From Leucoraja ocellata (lineage: Eukaryota), in contig JAWMAR010000122.1 of the NCBI GenBank assembly GCA_036785375.1, forward strand, positions 4,526,001 through 4,590,000: a DNA stretch of 64,000 nt. The letters run 5' to 3'. The position numbers were made by a program, and so were the translations under genes. Positions 37,401-49,592 of this stretch are shown here, piece by piece. Numbering within the stretch: the stretch's first letter is position 1; each line of letters begins with the position of its first letter. The notes beneath the pieces are model-generated. The model saw only the letters and a program-made list of their open reading frames with translations, searched no databases and was not told where the DNA came from.

Positions 37401-39801
37401 TTACAGATTTGTAACAGTATTGGTGATCCCTCCTGATGCTAATGCCAAGCTTGCAATGAAAGAGCTGCATACTGCCATTAGCAAACAACAGACGCACAAC
37501 CCCGAGGCAGCCTTCATTGTTGCGGGTGACTTCAATCACTCCAACCTGAAGACTGTACTCCCCAAATTCCACCAACATGTATCCTTCCCCACTAGAGTAG
37601 ACAAGACACTGGACAAAGTCTACACCAATATGGCTGAAGTTTACAAAGCCATCCCCCTCCCCCACCTTGGTCAGTCTGATCACGTCTCATTGTTCCTGCT
37701 CCCTAAGTACTCCCCACTCATCAGACGGGTTAAACCAACTATAAGGACAGTTAAAGTCTGGTCAGAGGAAGCGGACTTCACACTTCAGCAGTGTTTTGGA
37801 AACACTGACTGGAAGGCGTTTGCAGCCCAGGCCACCCTTGACTCTCACACGGACATTGATTCCTATACATCCTCTGTTCTGGACTTTATAAACTCCACCA
37901 TCAATAGTGTCACCTCCCTCAAACAGGTGACCATATACCCGAATCAGAAGCCATGGATGAACAGCGAGGTCAGGCTACTGCTGAAAGCACGGGACACCGC
38001 TTTCAGGTCAGGCGATGCTCGAGCCTACAGTTCATCCAGGGCTAACCTGAAGAGGGGCATCAGGAAGGCCAAGCACTGCCATAAGCTCAGGATTGAGGAG
38101 CACTTCAACAACAACTCCGACCCCCGACGCATGTGGCAAGGCATCCAGGCCATCACGGACTACAGACCCTCCAACATCACCCCCACATCCAGCGACGCCT
38201 CCTTCCTTGAGGAGCTGAATCACTTCTATGGCCGCTTCGACAGGGACAATCTAGAGACAGCCATCAAGGCTGTGCTACCTGCCGATCACCAACCCCTCAC
38301 ACTCACCCCCTACGACGTGTACGTGGCACTGAGTAGGACTAATGCGCGTAAGGCTGCTGGCCCTGACGGCATCCCCGGGCGCGTGCTCAGTGCCTGTGCT
38401 GCGCAGCTGACAGACGTCTGGACTGACATCTTCAACCTGTCACTTGCCCAAGCAGTTGTCCCCACTTGCCTTAAAGCCACCTCCATCGTGCCAGTGCCAA
38501 AACACTCCACTGCGGCAAGCCTCAACGACTTCCGCCCAGTTGCACTTACCCCCATCATCACCAAGTGCTTCGAGAGGCTGGTCCTGGCACACCTCAAAAG
38601 CTGCCTACCCCCCACACTGGATCCCTATCAGTTTGCCTACCGCAAGAACAGGAGTACGGAGGATGCCATCTCAACGGCACTTCACTCCGCCCTCTCCCAC
38701 CTTGACAACAGAGACACTTATGTAAGAATGCTGTTCATCGATTACAGCTCAGCATTCAACACCATTATTCCATCAAAACTGATCACCAAACTCGGTAACC
38801 TGGGCATCGACCCCTCCCTCTGCAACTGGATACTGGACTTTCTAACCAACAGACCCCAGTCTGTGAGGTTAGACAAGCACACCTCTTCAACCCTCACCCT
38901 GAACACCGGCGTTCCTCAGGGCTGTGTGCTGAGCCCCCTCCTCTACTCCCTCTTCACCTATGACTGCACACCTGTACATGGTACTAACACCATCATCAAG
39001 TATGCAGATGATACAACGGTGATTGGCCTCATCAGCAACAACGATGAGCTGGCCTACAGGGAGGAGGTCCAGCACTTAGCAGCATGGTGCGCTGACAACA
39101 ACCTGGCCCTTAACTCCAAGAAGACCAAGGAGCTCATTGTAGACTTCAGGAAGTCCAGAGGCGGCACGCACACCCCCATCCACATTAATGGGACGGAGGT
39201 GGAACGTGTTTCTAGCTTCAGGTTCCTGGGAGTCAACATCTCCGATGACCTCTCTTGGACCCACAATACCTCTACTCTGATCAAGAAGGCTCATCAGCGT
39301 CTCTTCTTCCTGAGGAGACTGAAGAAGGTCCATCTGTCTCCTCAGATCCTGGTGAACTTCTACCGCTGCACCATCGAGAGCATCCTTACCAACTGCATCA
39401 CAGTATGGTATGGCAACTGCTCTGTCTCCGACCGGAAGGCATTGCAGAGGGTGGTGAAAATTGCCCAACGCATCACCGGTTCCACGCTCCCCTCCATTGA
39501 GTCTGTCCAAAGCAAGCGCTGTCTGTGGAGGGCGCTCAGCATCGCCAAGGACTGCTCTCACCCCAACCATGGACTGTTTACCCTCCTACCATCCGGGAGG
39601 CGCTACAGGTCTCTCCGTTGCCGAACCAGCAGGTCGAGGAACAGCTTCTTTCCGTCCGCTGTCACTCTACAACGTACCTCGGTGACTGCCAATCACCCCC
39701 CCCCGGACACTTATTATTTATTTTTTTATTCAAATCGTTTGCTATGTCGCTCTTCAAGGGAGATGCTAAATGCATTTCGTTGTCTCTGTACTGTACACTG
39801 A
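37327..39801 (+). CDS. 824-aa chimeric ORF: ATG from an upstream PLE-derived repeat, in frame with the truncated Rex endonuclease-RT
   Basis: Listed in the ORF track. The first ~33 codons come from the repeat ctccagacATGctgcc and flanking DNA; LINE homology starts at IPPDAN. Expression is unknown. Confidence 0.55.
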   Translation: MLPDSVCYSSTLCLILWTSIYHSLSYRFVTVLVIPPDANAKLAMKELHTAISKQQTHNPEAAFIVAGDFNHSNLKTVLPKFHQHVSFPTRVDKTLDKVYTNMAEVYKAIPLPHLGQSDHVSLFLLPKYSPLIRRVKPTIRTVKVWSEEADFTLQQCFGNTDWKAFAAQATLDSHTDIDSYTSSVLDFINSTINSVTSLKQVTIYPNQKPWMNSEVRLLLKARDTAFRSGDARAYSSSRANLKRGIRKAKHCHKLRIEEHFNNNSDPRRMWQGIQAITDYRPSNITPTSSDASFLEELNHFYGRFDRDNLETAIKAVLPADHQPLTLTPYDVYVALSRTNARKAAGPDGIPGRVLSACAAQLTDVWTDIFNLSLAQAVVPTCLKATSIVPVPKHSTAASLNDFRPVALTPIITKCFERLVLAHLKSCLPPTLDPYQFAYRKNRSTEDAISTALHSALSHLDNRDTYVRMLFIDYSSAFNTIIPSKLITKLGNLGIDPSLCNWILDFLTNRPQSVRLDKHTSSTLTLNTGVPQGCVLSPLLYSLFTYDCTPVHGTNTIIKYADDTTVIGLISNNDELAYREEVQHLAAWCADNNLALNSKKTKELIVDFRKSRGGTHTPIHINGTEVERVSSFRFLGVNISDDLSWTHNTSTLIKKAHQRLFFLRRLKKVHLSPQILVNFYRCTIESILTNCITVWYGNCSVSDRKALQRVVKIAQRITGSTLPSIESVQSKRCLWRALSIAKDCSHPNHGLFTLLPSGRRYRSLRCRTSRSRNSFFPSAVTLQRTSVTANHPPPDTYYLFFYSNRLLCRSSREMLNAFRCLCTVH

Positions 39802-39832
39802 CAATGACAATTAAAAAAAAAAAATTGAATCT
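37428..39832 (+). mobile_element. Rex1/Babar-type non-LTR retrotransposon, 5'-truncated, young
   Basis: Contains the C-terminal half of an APE endonuclease (GDFN, DKVY, SDH), a complete RT ([16 protein letters not shown]) and a C-terminal PSGRRYRS motif. It ends in an A-rich/GAATCT tail and has GTGAT direct repeats at 37423-37427 and 39833-39837. Confidence 0.95.
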
Positions 39833-40199
39833 GTGATATGACAAAGCTAAGATGAATGTCAACATTGTTCCTGAACACCAAACTCCTTTGAGAGGGTTTG
39901 AGGGACCGTGTTGACATTGAGTTACTACAGCATTTTGTGTCTATCTTTAGTATAAACCAGCATCTGCAGTTCCTTTTTAATACATGTTGACGTTAAGCTT
40001 GGGTTTAACAAAATGTAGGGAAACAGTCATCAGTGTGTCAGGAACCAGCATTAAAAATTCCGAAGTTGCTGAGGAGTGTGGCAATGAACATACTTGAAGG
40101 ATGGTACATGTTGATCAGTGGGCCTGAACATGACAATCATATCAATGTTATTCACATGTTCACATCCTCTGATCAACATAATGTTTATTGCCCAACAAC

Positions 40200-40772
40200 T
40201 ACCCTTTGAAGGTAAAAGGAGAAAGATTTAACAATAACCAGTGGGGTAACTTTGTTACACAAAGGGGGGTGGGTATATGGAACAAACTGCCAGAGAAGGA
40301 AGTTGTGGCAAAACTGTCATAAAGGGGTTGTCCCACTGTATGAGCTATTTCAAGGGTTCTCCCGAGTTTCCCCTGATTTGAACTCGGAGAATTACGGTAA
40401 TAGCCGCTCGTAGGTACTCGGGGCTCTCGTGGACATTTTTCAACACGTTGAAAAATCTTCACGAGTCTTCACGGGCTTACCGCATTTCCCAAGTACCTGC
40501 CGTTAGCGATACGAGCCACTAAGAGATCCCGAGCTCCGAGGTACCCGCTAAGTACATTCTACGTGCTTACCACGAGTTTGATTTTTTTTTTAAACTCGGG
40601 AGAGCTCTTGAACACCTCATACAGTGGGACAGGCCCTTAACATTTAAGAGAAATTTTGATTTACAGGGTTATGGGCCAAGCGCTGGCAGATGGGACTAGA
40701 GTAGGACATATTGGTCACCATGGGCAAGTTGGACCGCAGGGCTTGTTTCCATGCTGTATGACTATGACTCTA
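40200..40772 (+). mobile_element. CR1 3' fragment (hosts a MITE)
   Basis: aaggtaaaaggagaaagatttaa...tggaacaaactgcc...acatttaag and the 3' tail tatgact. Confidence 0.75.
40323..40637. mobile_element. PIF/Harbinger-type MITE inserted in a CR1 fragment
   Basis: 22-bp TIR AGGG(G/C)(T/C)TGTCCCACTGTATGAG and a TAA TSD. Confidence 0.88.
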
Positions 40773-41894
40773 TAAGAAACTCTATACATGAGCATGAGTT
40801 TAGTGTGACCTTTGCTGGGTCGTAATCAAGGACGAACAAGATAGTGAAAAGGTGCAAGCAACAAACCAAATGTTATTTTTCTCTTCAGAAACCAATTCTT
40901 ACCAGAGGCTTATTTCAGCTGATAAAATGAAAGGCTCTCAACCGCTGATTGTTAACCTGTCCATAACCTACCTCACGCAAGACAGATTCAACTAAACCTT
41001 TAGTTGCTCTCTCCTATAGGTCTTTGCTCCCTGAAGCTAAAGGAGAGATGCTATACCAGTATGAATTTTCTTTCAGTGTTATGATCTCCTGCTCCCAACA
41101 ACAAGAACAAAAAATAATGACCCAATTCCATCTGAACTTTACACATCTCAGATGTTTCAGGACTTTGTGTTGTTCATAGCATAAGGGATGGTTAGAAGGG
41201 TTCAGTCATCTGGTTGCCAAGATCTTTTGTATATTGTGAATTTAAATTGTGAAGAAAAGATATGTATCCATCCGTGTAACAGGATGTTTATGCCTCACAT
41301 TCAGTTATTATGGCAAAAATAATCATGTTCAGAATAAAATAATCAGTACAGGGATTTATACAAAATTGTTAAAGCAAGATTGATGTGGTGCATTGAAGGA
41401 TCAGAGATTCATAAACCATTAAAGTTGAGTCCCTCATTAAATATCTATTTCGTTTTTCTTATTTTCCCCCAGATGGTCAAACTTCTCGTTCCCATATGAG
41501 CATCTTCAGGAATAACTAAATCTTGGAAGATCCTGAACAGCTTGTGTCTGCAAAAAATATTTTAACAGTTCCCATTTTACAAACACTGGCATGGATCTCA
41601 AACGCTTCCATCTGCCAATTGGGAACTGATTAAAAATTGGGCATTGCCATTTGTAAATTAATCTTTACCAGTCTCAACGAATGTCTTGCCCACATTGTTC
41701 ATTGGTCCGTGCCAAACAAATAATTTTAAAAGAAATTGAAATATATGATGTGTCAATTTTCTCAACCGCAGTCACATATATATATTTAAATGGAAAATAA
41801 TTTTGGTCAATTATGCTAATTAAGTTACCTTTTTAATCTTAAATTCAAAAAAATATATATTTTTGATCAACTTTCATCTCCAAATCATCCTAAA

Positions 41895-42210
41895 ATTGCC
41901 TAGAGTAGGTGAATCGAGGACCAGAGGATATTGGTTTAAGGTGAACGGGAAAAGATTTAATAGGGATCCGAGAAATAACTTTTTCACACAAAGGGTGGTG
42001 GATGTATGGAACAAGCTGTCAGCGGAGGTTGTTGAGGCAGCAACTATCACAACATTTAAGAAACACTTAGACAGGTACATGGATAGGAGGTTCAGTGGGA
42101 TATGGACCAAACGCAGGCAGGAGGGTTTAGTGTAGATGGGACATGTTGGCCGGGGTGGGCAAGTTGGGCCAAAGAACCTGTTTCCACACTGTAACACTCT
42201 ATGACTCTAT
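41895..42210 (+). mobile_element. CR1 3' fragment
   Basis: ORF remnant PRVGESRTRG...NFFTQRVVDVWNKL...FKKHLDRYM. Confidence 0.85.
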
Positions 42211-42611
42211 AAAAGTATCTTCCCATGCTTAGATATAATTTAAAAAAAATTGTACTGTAGAAAGCATATTGATTAAAATTCGAATAATTGGTCAACTTGC
42301 TCCATATTAGTATATTTAGAATAGTCTAATTTACAATTTGGAGTATTCTTAAAGAGTGAAAGATTGCCCTACTTTTGAAATCACTCAGAAATCCTATCTT
42401 TAAAAGTTCTTGACATTTTTAATTTTGCTTTTTTTATATATTAATATTTATTTTTAGATTTAATAACAAACTAGAAGGGGGCATTCAATGTACAGTAGTT
42501 TTAACACTCGTAGAATGGTTAGATTCCATCCAAGTGCTGTAGATTGAATACATAGAGGATACATGGAGGAATAGCACCAAATATTGCGCTTGGGTGGTTT
42601 ATACCCCAACA

Positions 42612-43077
42612 TTGAACATTGAAATTTCAATTTCTAGTAATACCCCCTTCTATCCCACTCTCTTTCCTATGCTCTTACTACCCCAGTATGCACCCTTCCT
42701 CCCTGGTCATCCTGCTCCCTCTTTAGTACATTCAGATCCTCTCTCTGAATCCCTCATTTCTCTCATCCCACCCACTTTCCACTCCACCCCTATCCCCTTC
42801 CACCTATGATCCTTAATGTGGCTTTACAATTCGCTCATTCACATCTCTCCCTATCTGACCTTTTGTCTCCTTGTCACCTCTAGTTTTTGTCTTACTCCAC
42901 CCATATGGCAATCAAACCACCCTCACCTGTATCCACCTATCACTTGCCAGGCTTTGCCTGCCTCACCTCACATTTCCAGCCTTCTCCCCCCTACTAGAAT
43001 CAATCTGAAGAAGGGTTCTGCCTGTCCATTGGTTCCACAGATGCTGCCTGACCTGCTGAGTTCTTCAAGCACTTCGT
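42612..43077 (+). mobile_element. PLE 3' fragment
   Basis: aacattgaaattt, then a C/T-rich 3' region, aatctgaagaagggt and gatgctgcctgacctgctgag. Confidence 0.7.
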
Positions 43078-43331
43078 AAATGTGTCTTTCCACCAGAATG
43101 ACATTGCAAATCTTTCATCTGCATGACGGTTAACAGACGGACAATCAGATCTTTGCGAAATTGGGCTTATTTATTTTACATACTTTGGTTATTGATCTTA
43201 ATGAGCTTAAAAATGTACCTATTCCTTTTCTCCGGAGATGTTGCCTGACCCGCTGAGTTATTCCAGTATTTTGTGTCTACCTATGGTGTAAACCAGCATC
43301 TGTAGATCATTCCTACACATTATTTTTATGT

Positions 43332-43568
43332 TGTAGCAGCACCTGCTGGTGCTCGCAAGTATCGAACCCTGCGGTTGGAATCCGCGCACACGTGACTCTG
43401 GGAGAGGTCGTGTTTTCGCACAGTTTTCAGGACTCTGCCCTTCAGTTGTTGTGAGGCCACTGTTGTGGTCAGTTGTGTTTTCACTGGCAATTGTCAAGAC
43501 CGTGATCGATGAATTATGTTGAGAATAAATCTGATTTAAACCAACCGCCTTTGTCTTGATCTGTCAAA
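43332..43568 (+). mobile_element. Solo LTR of the same Gypsy element
   Basis: Collinear with 44437-44664 (TGTAGC...TCAAA). The flanks ATGT/ACAT fit a CpG-decayed ACGT TSD. Confidence 0.9.
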
Positions 43569-46500
43569 ACATGTTCTTTTCACTGAGATTCATTTTTACC
43601 TGAAAAATAGGGCCTGCTGTTCAATATGTAGATGTGAAGAAGTGCCTAGATGCTGTGCACATTTAACTAAACAGCTTGTAGTGAAAACATAAACATTCCT
43701 GCAGTTGCGTAACATCAGTAATGTGATTACAACTTGGGACAGTGTTACTTTGTGAGTTTCTGTCAAGAACTACATTTCTGAGGAGCAATTAGTAAATTCC
43801 ATTGCATTACTCCTTTCTTAAACATATTTTCAGTCTTGTTTGCTTGATGATGCCTATTATTGATCTCAAGGTGAATTCTTTATGATTCTTGCTGCTTAGT
43901 TTGCCTTGGATAATTAATACTCTCATTCGCTCGCATTTTGTACAGCTTGTACTACGTGAAAACAAAAAAACAATAGAAATAGGAAATCACAGATGTATAT
44001 CTGAGAAAAGGGCCCTCTGGCACAATGTCCTTTTTGCCCATCCATACCAAACCTATTTCTCTGCATTAGGAATGTATCCTTCTTTGTCTTATTTACTTCA
44101 GTGTCTGCCTAATTGCCTCTTTAAACATGGTAATTGTATCTGTTTGCACCACCTCCTCAGGCAGCATATTCCAGGCATCAACCACATCGATGTCATAATG
44201 ATAAAGGCAAAATACAGCTTCTACATTCTAAGAAGTTTTAAGAGATTCAGCATTTTTCCAAATACTCCAACAAACATGGCAGCACAGTCGTGCAGCATGG
44301 TCTTAATGAGCTTAAAAATGCGCCTATTCCTTTTCTCCAGAGATGCTGCCTAACCCGCTGAGTTATTCGCGCATTTTGTGTTTACCTTTGGTGTAAACCA
44401 GCATCTGTAGATCATTCCTACATATCCTTTTTACGATGTAGCGGCACCTGCTGGTGCTCACAAGTATCGAACCCTGCGGTCGGAATCCGCGCGCACCTGG
44501 GAGCGGTCGTGTTTTCGCGCAGTTTTCTCTGCCCTTCCGTCATTGTGAGACCACCATTGTGGTCAGTTGAGTTTTCAGTGGCAATTGTCAAGACCGTGAT
44601 CGGAGAATTATATTGAGAATAAATCTGATTTAAACCAAACGCTTTTTTGTCTTGATCCGCCAAATTGGTGACCCCGACCCGTCGGAGTTAGACAGAGAGA
44701 CCATGCAGGACAATTACCTTCCCACCGGCGCTGCGGGCATCCAGCAGGACACGGTCAGCCTCAGACTGCCCCCGTTTTAGCCCGATCAGCCCCAGGTATG
44801 GTTCGCGCACGTGGAGGCGCAGTTCTATCTGCACCACATCGCCGCTGATGAGACAAGATATTTCCACGTGTTGGGAGTCCTACCGCAGGAGTCTGCCTAC
44901 CGTTTGCTGTCCTATCTGTGAGACCCACCTGCAACGGCCAAGTACGATGGTCTCAAGTCTCTGTTGCTGCACACGTTCGGGCTCAGTCGTCGTGACCGTG
45001 CGTGCCGCAAGGATCCTTCACATGGACTGTATGGGCGATCGAAGACCCTCCACCCTGATGGCCCAGATGCTGGCCTTGATGGATGGCCACCGCCCCTGCC
45101 TGCTTTTCGAGCAGGCTTTCCTCAAACAGATGCCCGATGATGTCCACCTGATGCTCGCCGGCACCGATTTTAATGAACCTCAACAGCTCGCGGAGACGGC
45201 CAACGAACTGTGAATGACATGGCACCAGGAGGTCTGCACCTTCAGCCGTCACGCTGCACCGGCTCGATTACCGCCACGGCGGCCACGCGAGGAGGCCCCC
45301 CAACCGGCCCCCTTTGAGTAACAGCCGCCATGCCCCGAGACCCATAGTAATCGCCACTAATGCTACTATCACCTCCGTTTCGGCATGGAGGCGCGACGCT
45401 GCAGAAATCCCTGCACGTTTCAGGGAAATGCCTTGGTCGATTCCTGTAGAGGCGACTGCGATCGGCCGAATGAGCGCCTCTTCGCCTGTGACCACCACAC
45501 TGGCCGCCATTTTCTCGTGGACTGCGGTGCTATCGTCAGTATCCTTCCTCCGACCGGCCGCGATACCCCTGATGGTAAGATAGGCCCCGTCCTCTGGGCC
45601 ATTAACGGGAGTGACATTTGAACGTACGGTACGCGGACTCTTAATCTCATTTTCGGCTCCCACCCGTACAGTTGGAAGTTTGTTGTCGCTAACGTTGCCC
45701 AGACGATCTTGGGGGCCAATTTCCTGCGCGCGTTCTCTCTTATCATCGACGTGTGCGGGAGTCGTTTGGCCCCGTTGTCGGACCTCTGCCCCAACACTCT
45801 GCACAGCTTACCCCCACCCGGCCCACAACCCGATGACATCGCGGAGGTCGAGGGCCCTTTCGCTGCTCTACTCTCTGAGTTCCCCGTGCTCCTTACACTT
45901 CGTTTCAGTGGGGCTGCGCCCTGTCATGGTGTAGTACATCATCTTCCTATCTAAGGCCCACCGGTGCACGCCCGCGCGCGCCGCCTGCCACCAGACAAGC
46001 TGCGCATCGCCCGCGATGAATTCCAATTGATGGAAGACATGGGCATTGTCCGGCGGTCCGATAGTCCGTGGGCCTCCCCACTCCATATGGTCCCGAAAGC
46101 GCCTGGATGGTGGAGGGCATGTGGTGATTACAAGCGGCTTAACGGTGTAACCACGGTGGACCGTTACCCATATGCAAGATATTTTGGCGCACCTCAAGGG
46201 TGCCACTTACTACTCGAAAGTGGACCTGGGCTGGGGTTATAATCAGATCCCTGTCCACCCCGATGACATCCTCAAGACGGCCATCATCACCCCGATCGGC
46301 CTTTTCGAATGACTTTGAATGTCGTTCGGCCTAAAGAACGACATTCCAGCATTCCAGTGGCTTATGGATCAGGTCGGGCGGGGCCTGCCGTTTGCCTTCA
46401 TTTACTTGGACGACCTTCTGGAGGCCAGCGGTTCGCAGGCAGAACATGTTAAGCACCCTTGCCTTTTGTTCAAGTGACTGCACGAACACGGCTTGGTGAT

Positions 46501-47672
46501 TAACCCCACGAAGTGCCAGTTCAGCCTGCGCTCCATTTCGTCCTGGGGGATCAGGTCACCCCATAGGGTGCTGAGCCGCTTTCCTCAAAGGTAGATGCTA
46601 TTCGACAGCTCCCTCGGCCGTTGACCGTCAAGGGTTCATCGGTATGGTGAGTTTTTACCAGTCCTGCAACAGGTTGATGACCGCTGGCAGCCGCCTCCGT
46701 TTTTCAGCCAACAGCTGTGAGCTCTGGAATGCAAGTACAGCGCATTAGACAGAACTCCTGGCGCTCTACCTAGCGATCAGACACTTCCGTTATATCCTTG
46801 AGGGCCCGCGCTTTCACTCCTTTCGCAGACCACAAACCGCTCACTTTCGCGCTGAGTAAAATCGTCGATCCGTGGTCCGCCAGGCAGCAGTGGCACCTTG
46901 CCTACATATCCAAGTTCACAACTGACATTCGGCATGTGGCTGGGAAACGTAACATCGTTGCCGAAGCTTTGTCCCGCCCGGAAATCGACTACAGTGAGAT
47001 GGCAGCGGCCCAACAGGCTGATGCCAGCATGGCATGCCTTAGGCAGCTATAAGGCGCCCGTCTGCACCAAACGACAGCTTATCACCCAGAGGCGAATGGG
47101 CTGGTCGAGAGATTTCATCGGCACCTTAAGTCGGCGTTGAAGGCCCGGCTCACCGGTCCGGATTGAATGGACCAGTTGACCTGGGTCCTCCTGGGCATTC
47201 GTACTATGCCTAAGGAGGACCTGGCCGTCTTATCGGTTGAGCTCGTTTACGGCTCAGCCTTACAGGTGCTTGGGGATTTCCTGCCTGCCGCCCGCAGTCA
47301 GGAGGTTTCGGCTTCGGTGATACTGGCCGAACTTCATGAACGGTGCACCCGTTGGCTCCTGTCCCTACTTCCAGGCATGGGTTGACCTCAGTGCATGTGC
47401 CACAGGCGTTGCAGAATTGTGCTTATGTTTTCCTTCACAGGGACGTTCACTGCTCGCCACTGCAGCGGGTTTATGAGGGGCTGTTTCGGGTGCTGCGTAC
47501 CGGAGTCACCACATTCACGTTGGACGTGGGTGGCCAGGAGGAGTTCATCCCCGTCGGCCGTCTCAAGCTGTTCATGGGGACGAGGACAGCCCAGTGTTAG
47601 TGGCTACACCGCGGCGTTGGGGTCGTCTTCCGGTCATTCAGCCCTCTCTTAGTACTACTGTTCCCGGTTCTG

Positions 47673-47836
47673 GATAGGGCTCTTAAAGATAGCGGAGCCA
47701 GGGTATATGGGGAAAAGGCAGGAATGGGGTACTGATTGGGGATGATCAGCCATAATCACACTGAATGGCGATGCTGTCTTGAAGGGCCGAATGGCCTACT
47801 CCTGCACCTATTGTCTCTTGTCTGTTGTCTATTGTC
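47673..47836 (+). mobile_element. CR1 3' end inserted at the Gypsy PPT/3' LTR junction
   Basis: Matches 26330-26485 (gctcttaaaga...gatgatcagccat...cctgcacctattgtct) and ends in a (TTGTCT)-like tail. Confidence 0.85.
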
Positions 47837-48014
47837 TTTGACCATGATCGGTGAATTATATTGAGAATATATTGAATTATATTGAGCACGTGTCTCTGGG
47901 AGGGGTCGTGTTTTTGCGCGTTTTTCAGGACTCTGCCCTTCAGTCGTTGTGAGACCACCGTTGTGGTCAGTTGTGTTTTCAGTGGCAATTGTCAAGACCA
48001 TGATCGGTGAATTA

Positions 48015-49366
48015 TCTATATTACTAAAAGTCTCATCTTGACCACTTCCTGGTGCACTGCATATTGATTATATATAGAAAAAACGCTGCCACTTACAGCA
48101 GTGATTTTTGGCCATCTTACTCAGAGCCCCCTTCCGCTGCGCAGGACAAGAGGATTTTTTCCATCGATGAAAAATAAAAGACTTATTAATGTTTAGAAAA
48201 TGTTGAGATTCTCTCTCCTGAAGGCCACGCCCCTTCCAGAGGGACTATGAAACCCGGAAGTATGGAGGTGCCTCAGTTCTCTGCAAGATTGGGTGTGAGA
48301 GGTCGCCATTCTCTGTCTGAGCTGTGAATAACACTGAACACATGTCTACTAAACTGTGAGTGGTTTTACAGACCTGTCAGTGCCCTTAATGCGGTTTGAA
48401 AACATAGTTTGAAAATGCCAAATTTATTTTGGTTTGAAAATGCGAAAGCTGTGTTGCCTTTGGTTTTAAAATGCTAAAGCTGGGTTGCCTTTAGCATTTT
48501 CAAACCAAAGGCAACACAGGTTTACCATGTTGAAGCCAAAGGCAACACAGTTTTTGCATTTTCAAACCAAAGGCAACACAGCATTAGCATTTTCAAGCTG
48601 TTGCCTTTGGTTTGAAAATGCTGAAGCTTCCTTGCCTTTTGTTTGAAAATGCTAAAACTGCCTGTCTTATTAAAGTTGCCTTGCCCGATTAAAGTTGTCT
48701 TGCCTAATTAAAGTTGCCTTGCCTAATTAAAGTTGCCTAGCCTAATTAAAGTTGCCTAGCAAAATTAAAGTTGCCTTGCCTTCTATATAATTAAAAGTCT
48801 AATCTTGAGCACCTCCTGTTTGCGCTTTATATTGATTTTAGAAAAAAGCTCTACCACATACAGCTGTGATTTTTGACCATCTTACTCAGAGTCCCCCACC
48901 GCTCATCAGGTGCCGAGGAATTTTCCCATCGATGAAAAATAAAATAATTATTAGTGTTTAAAAAATGTTGAGATTCTCTCTCCTGTCAATCAGGCAACGA
49001 AGGCCACACGCCCCTTTTGGTGGGAGGAGGAGGGACTATAAAACCCATGGGCGTGGCTCAGATTCTGCAAGATGGGGGAGAGAGAGGTCACGACTCGCTG
49101 AAACTGCACCTTGAATTTGGTGGCCTTGCACCCTGCTTGAAGTGGTATGAAACTGCATTTGAATTTGCTTAAAATGGAATTTCAATAAATAGCCATGTCA
49201 ACTGCCAGCCCACCAGCCGTGAGGGAGTGAGCTGCCAGCACAACAGGCTTGAGTGACTGAGCCGCAAGCCCATGTCCACACTAGCACTCTGTAAACCAGT
49301 CCCTTCAGCCCACAACACCCATACTAGCCCCCCCCCCCCCCCCCCAATGGGTCCCACTTAGTCTAG
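48015..49366 (+). mobile_element. Non-autonomous composite Helitron
   Basis: Starts TCTATATTACTAAAAG and ends CTAG. It sits between A and T with no TSD; the empty site gaatta^tattgag is seen in the 5' LTR. A second 5' end lies at 48782. The 3' hairpin is degenerate. Confidence 0.88.
48395..48781. repeat. Minisatellites inside the Helitron: ~31-bp unit with an inverted block, then a 19-bp unit x6
   Basis: tttggtttgaaaatgctaaagctgtgttgcc units, inverted at ~48490-48595, and ttaaagttgccttgcctaa units at ~48669-48781. Confidence 0.9.
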
Positions 49367-49592
49367 TATTGAGAATAAATCTGATTTAAACCAACCGCTT
49401 TTGTCTTGATCTGCCAAAACGTGTTCTTTTCACAGGGAGTCATTTTTACCAGAAAAGTAGGGCCTGCTATTGAATATGAAGATGTGAAGAAGTGCCTAGA
49501 TGTTGTGCACATTTAACTACACAGCTTGTAGTGGAAACCCTGCAGTTACGTAACATCGGCAATGAGATTACAATTTGGGACAGTGTTACTTA

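Larger units (their letters stand above)
44437..49418 (+). mobile_element. Gypsy LTR retrotransposon (CsRn1-like), decayed, with nested insertions
   Basis: 5' LTR at 44437-44664; PBS TGGTGACCCCGAC (44666-44678) complementary to tRNA-Trp. gag has LRLPPF...WF and a CHCC motif CYYHLRFGMEARRCRNPC (45361-45414). Protease FLVDCGA; RT WASPLHMVPK, CGDYKRLN, YLDD; RNase H DHKPL; integrase TTAYHPEANGLVERFH. Many stops and frameshifts. Flanks are ACGA/ACGT. Confidence 0.93.
47840..49418 (+). repeat. Rearranged 3' LTR, split by the Helitron
   Basis: LTR pieces at 47840-47887, 47888-48014 and 49367-49418. The 5' part and the PPT are replaced by a CR1 tail. Confidence 0.85.

Noticed and set aside
48395-48781. 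Regularly spaced repeats resembling a CRISPR array
   Set aside because: The units are directly tandem with no unique spacers and no cas genes, in a eukaryotic context.
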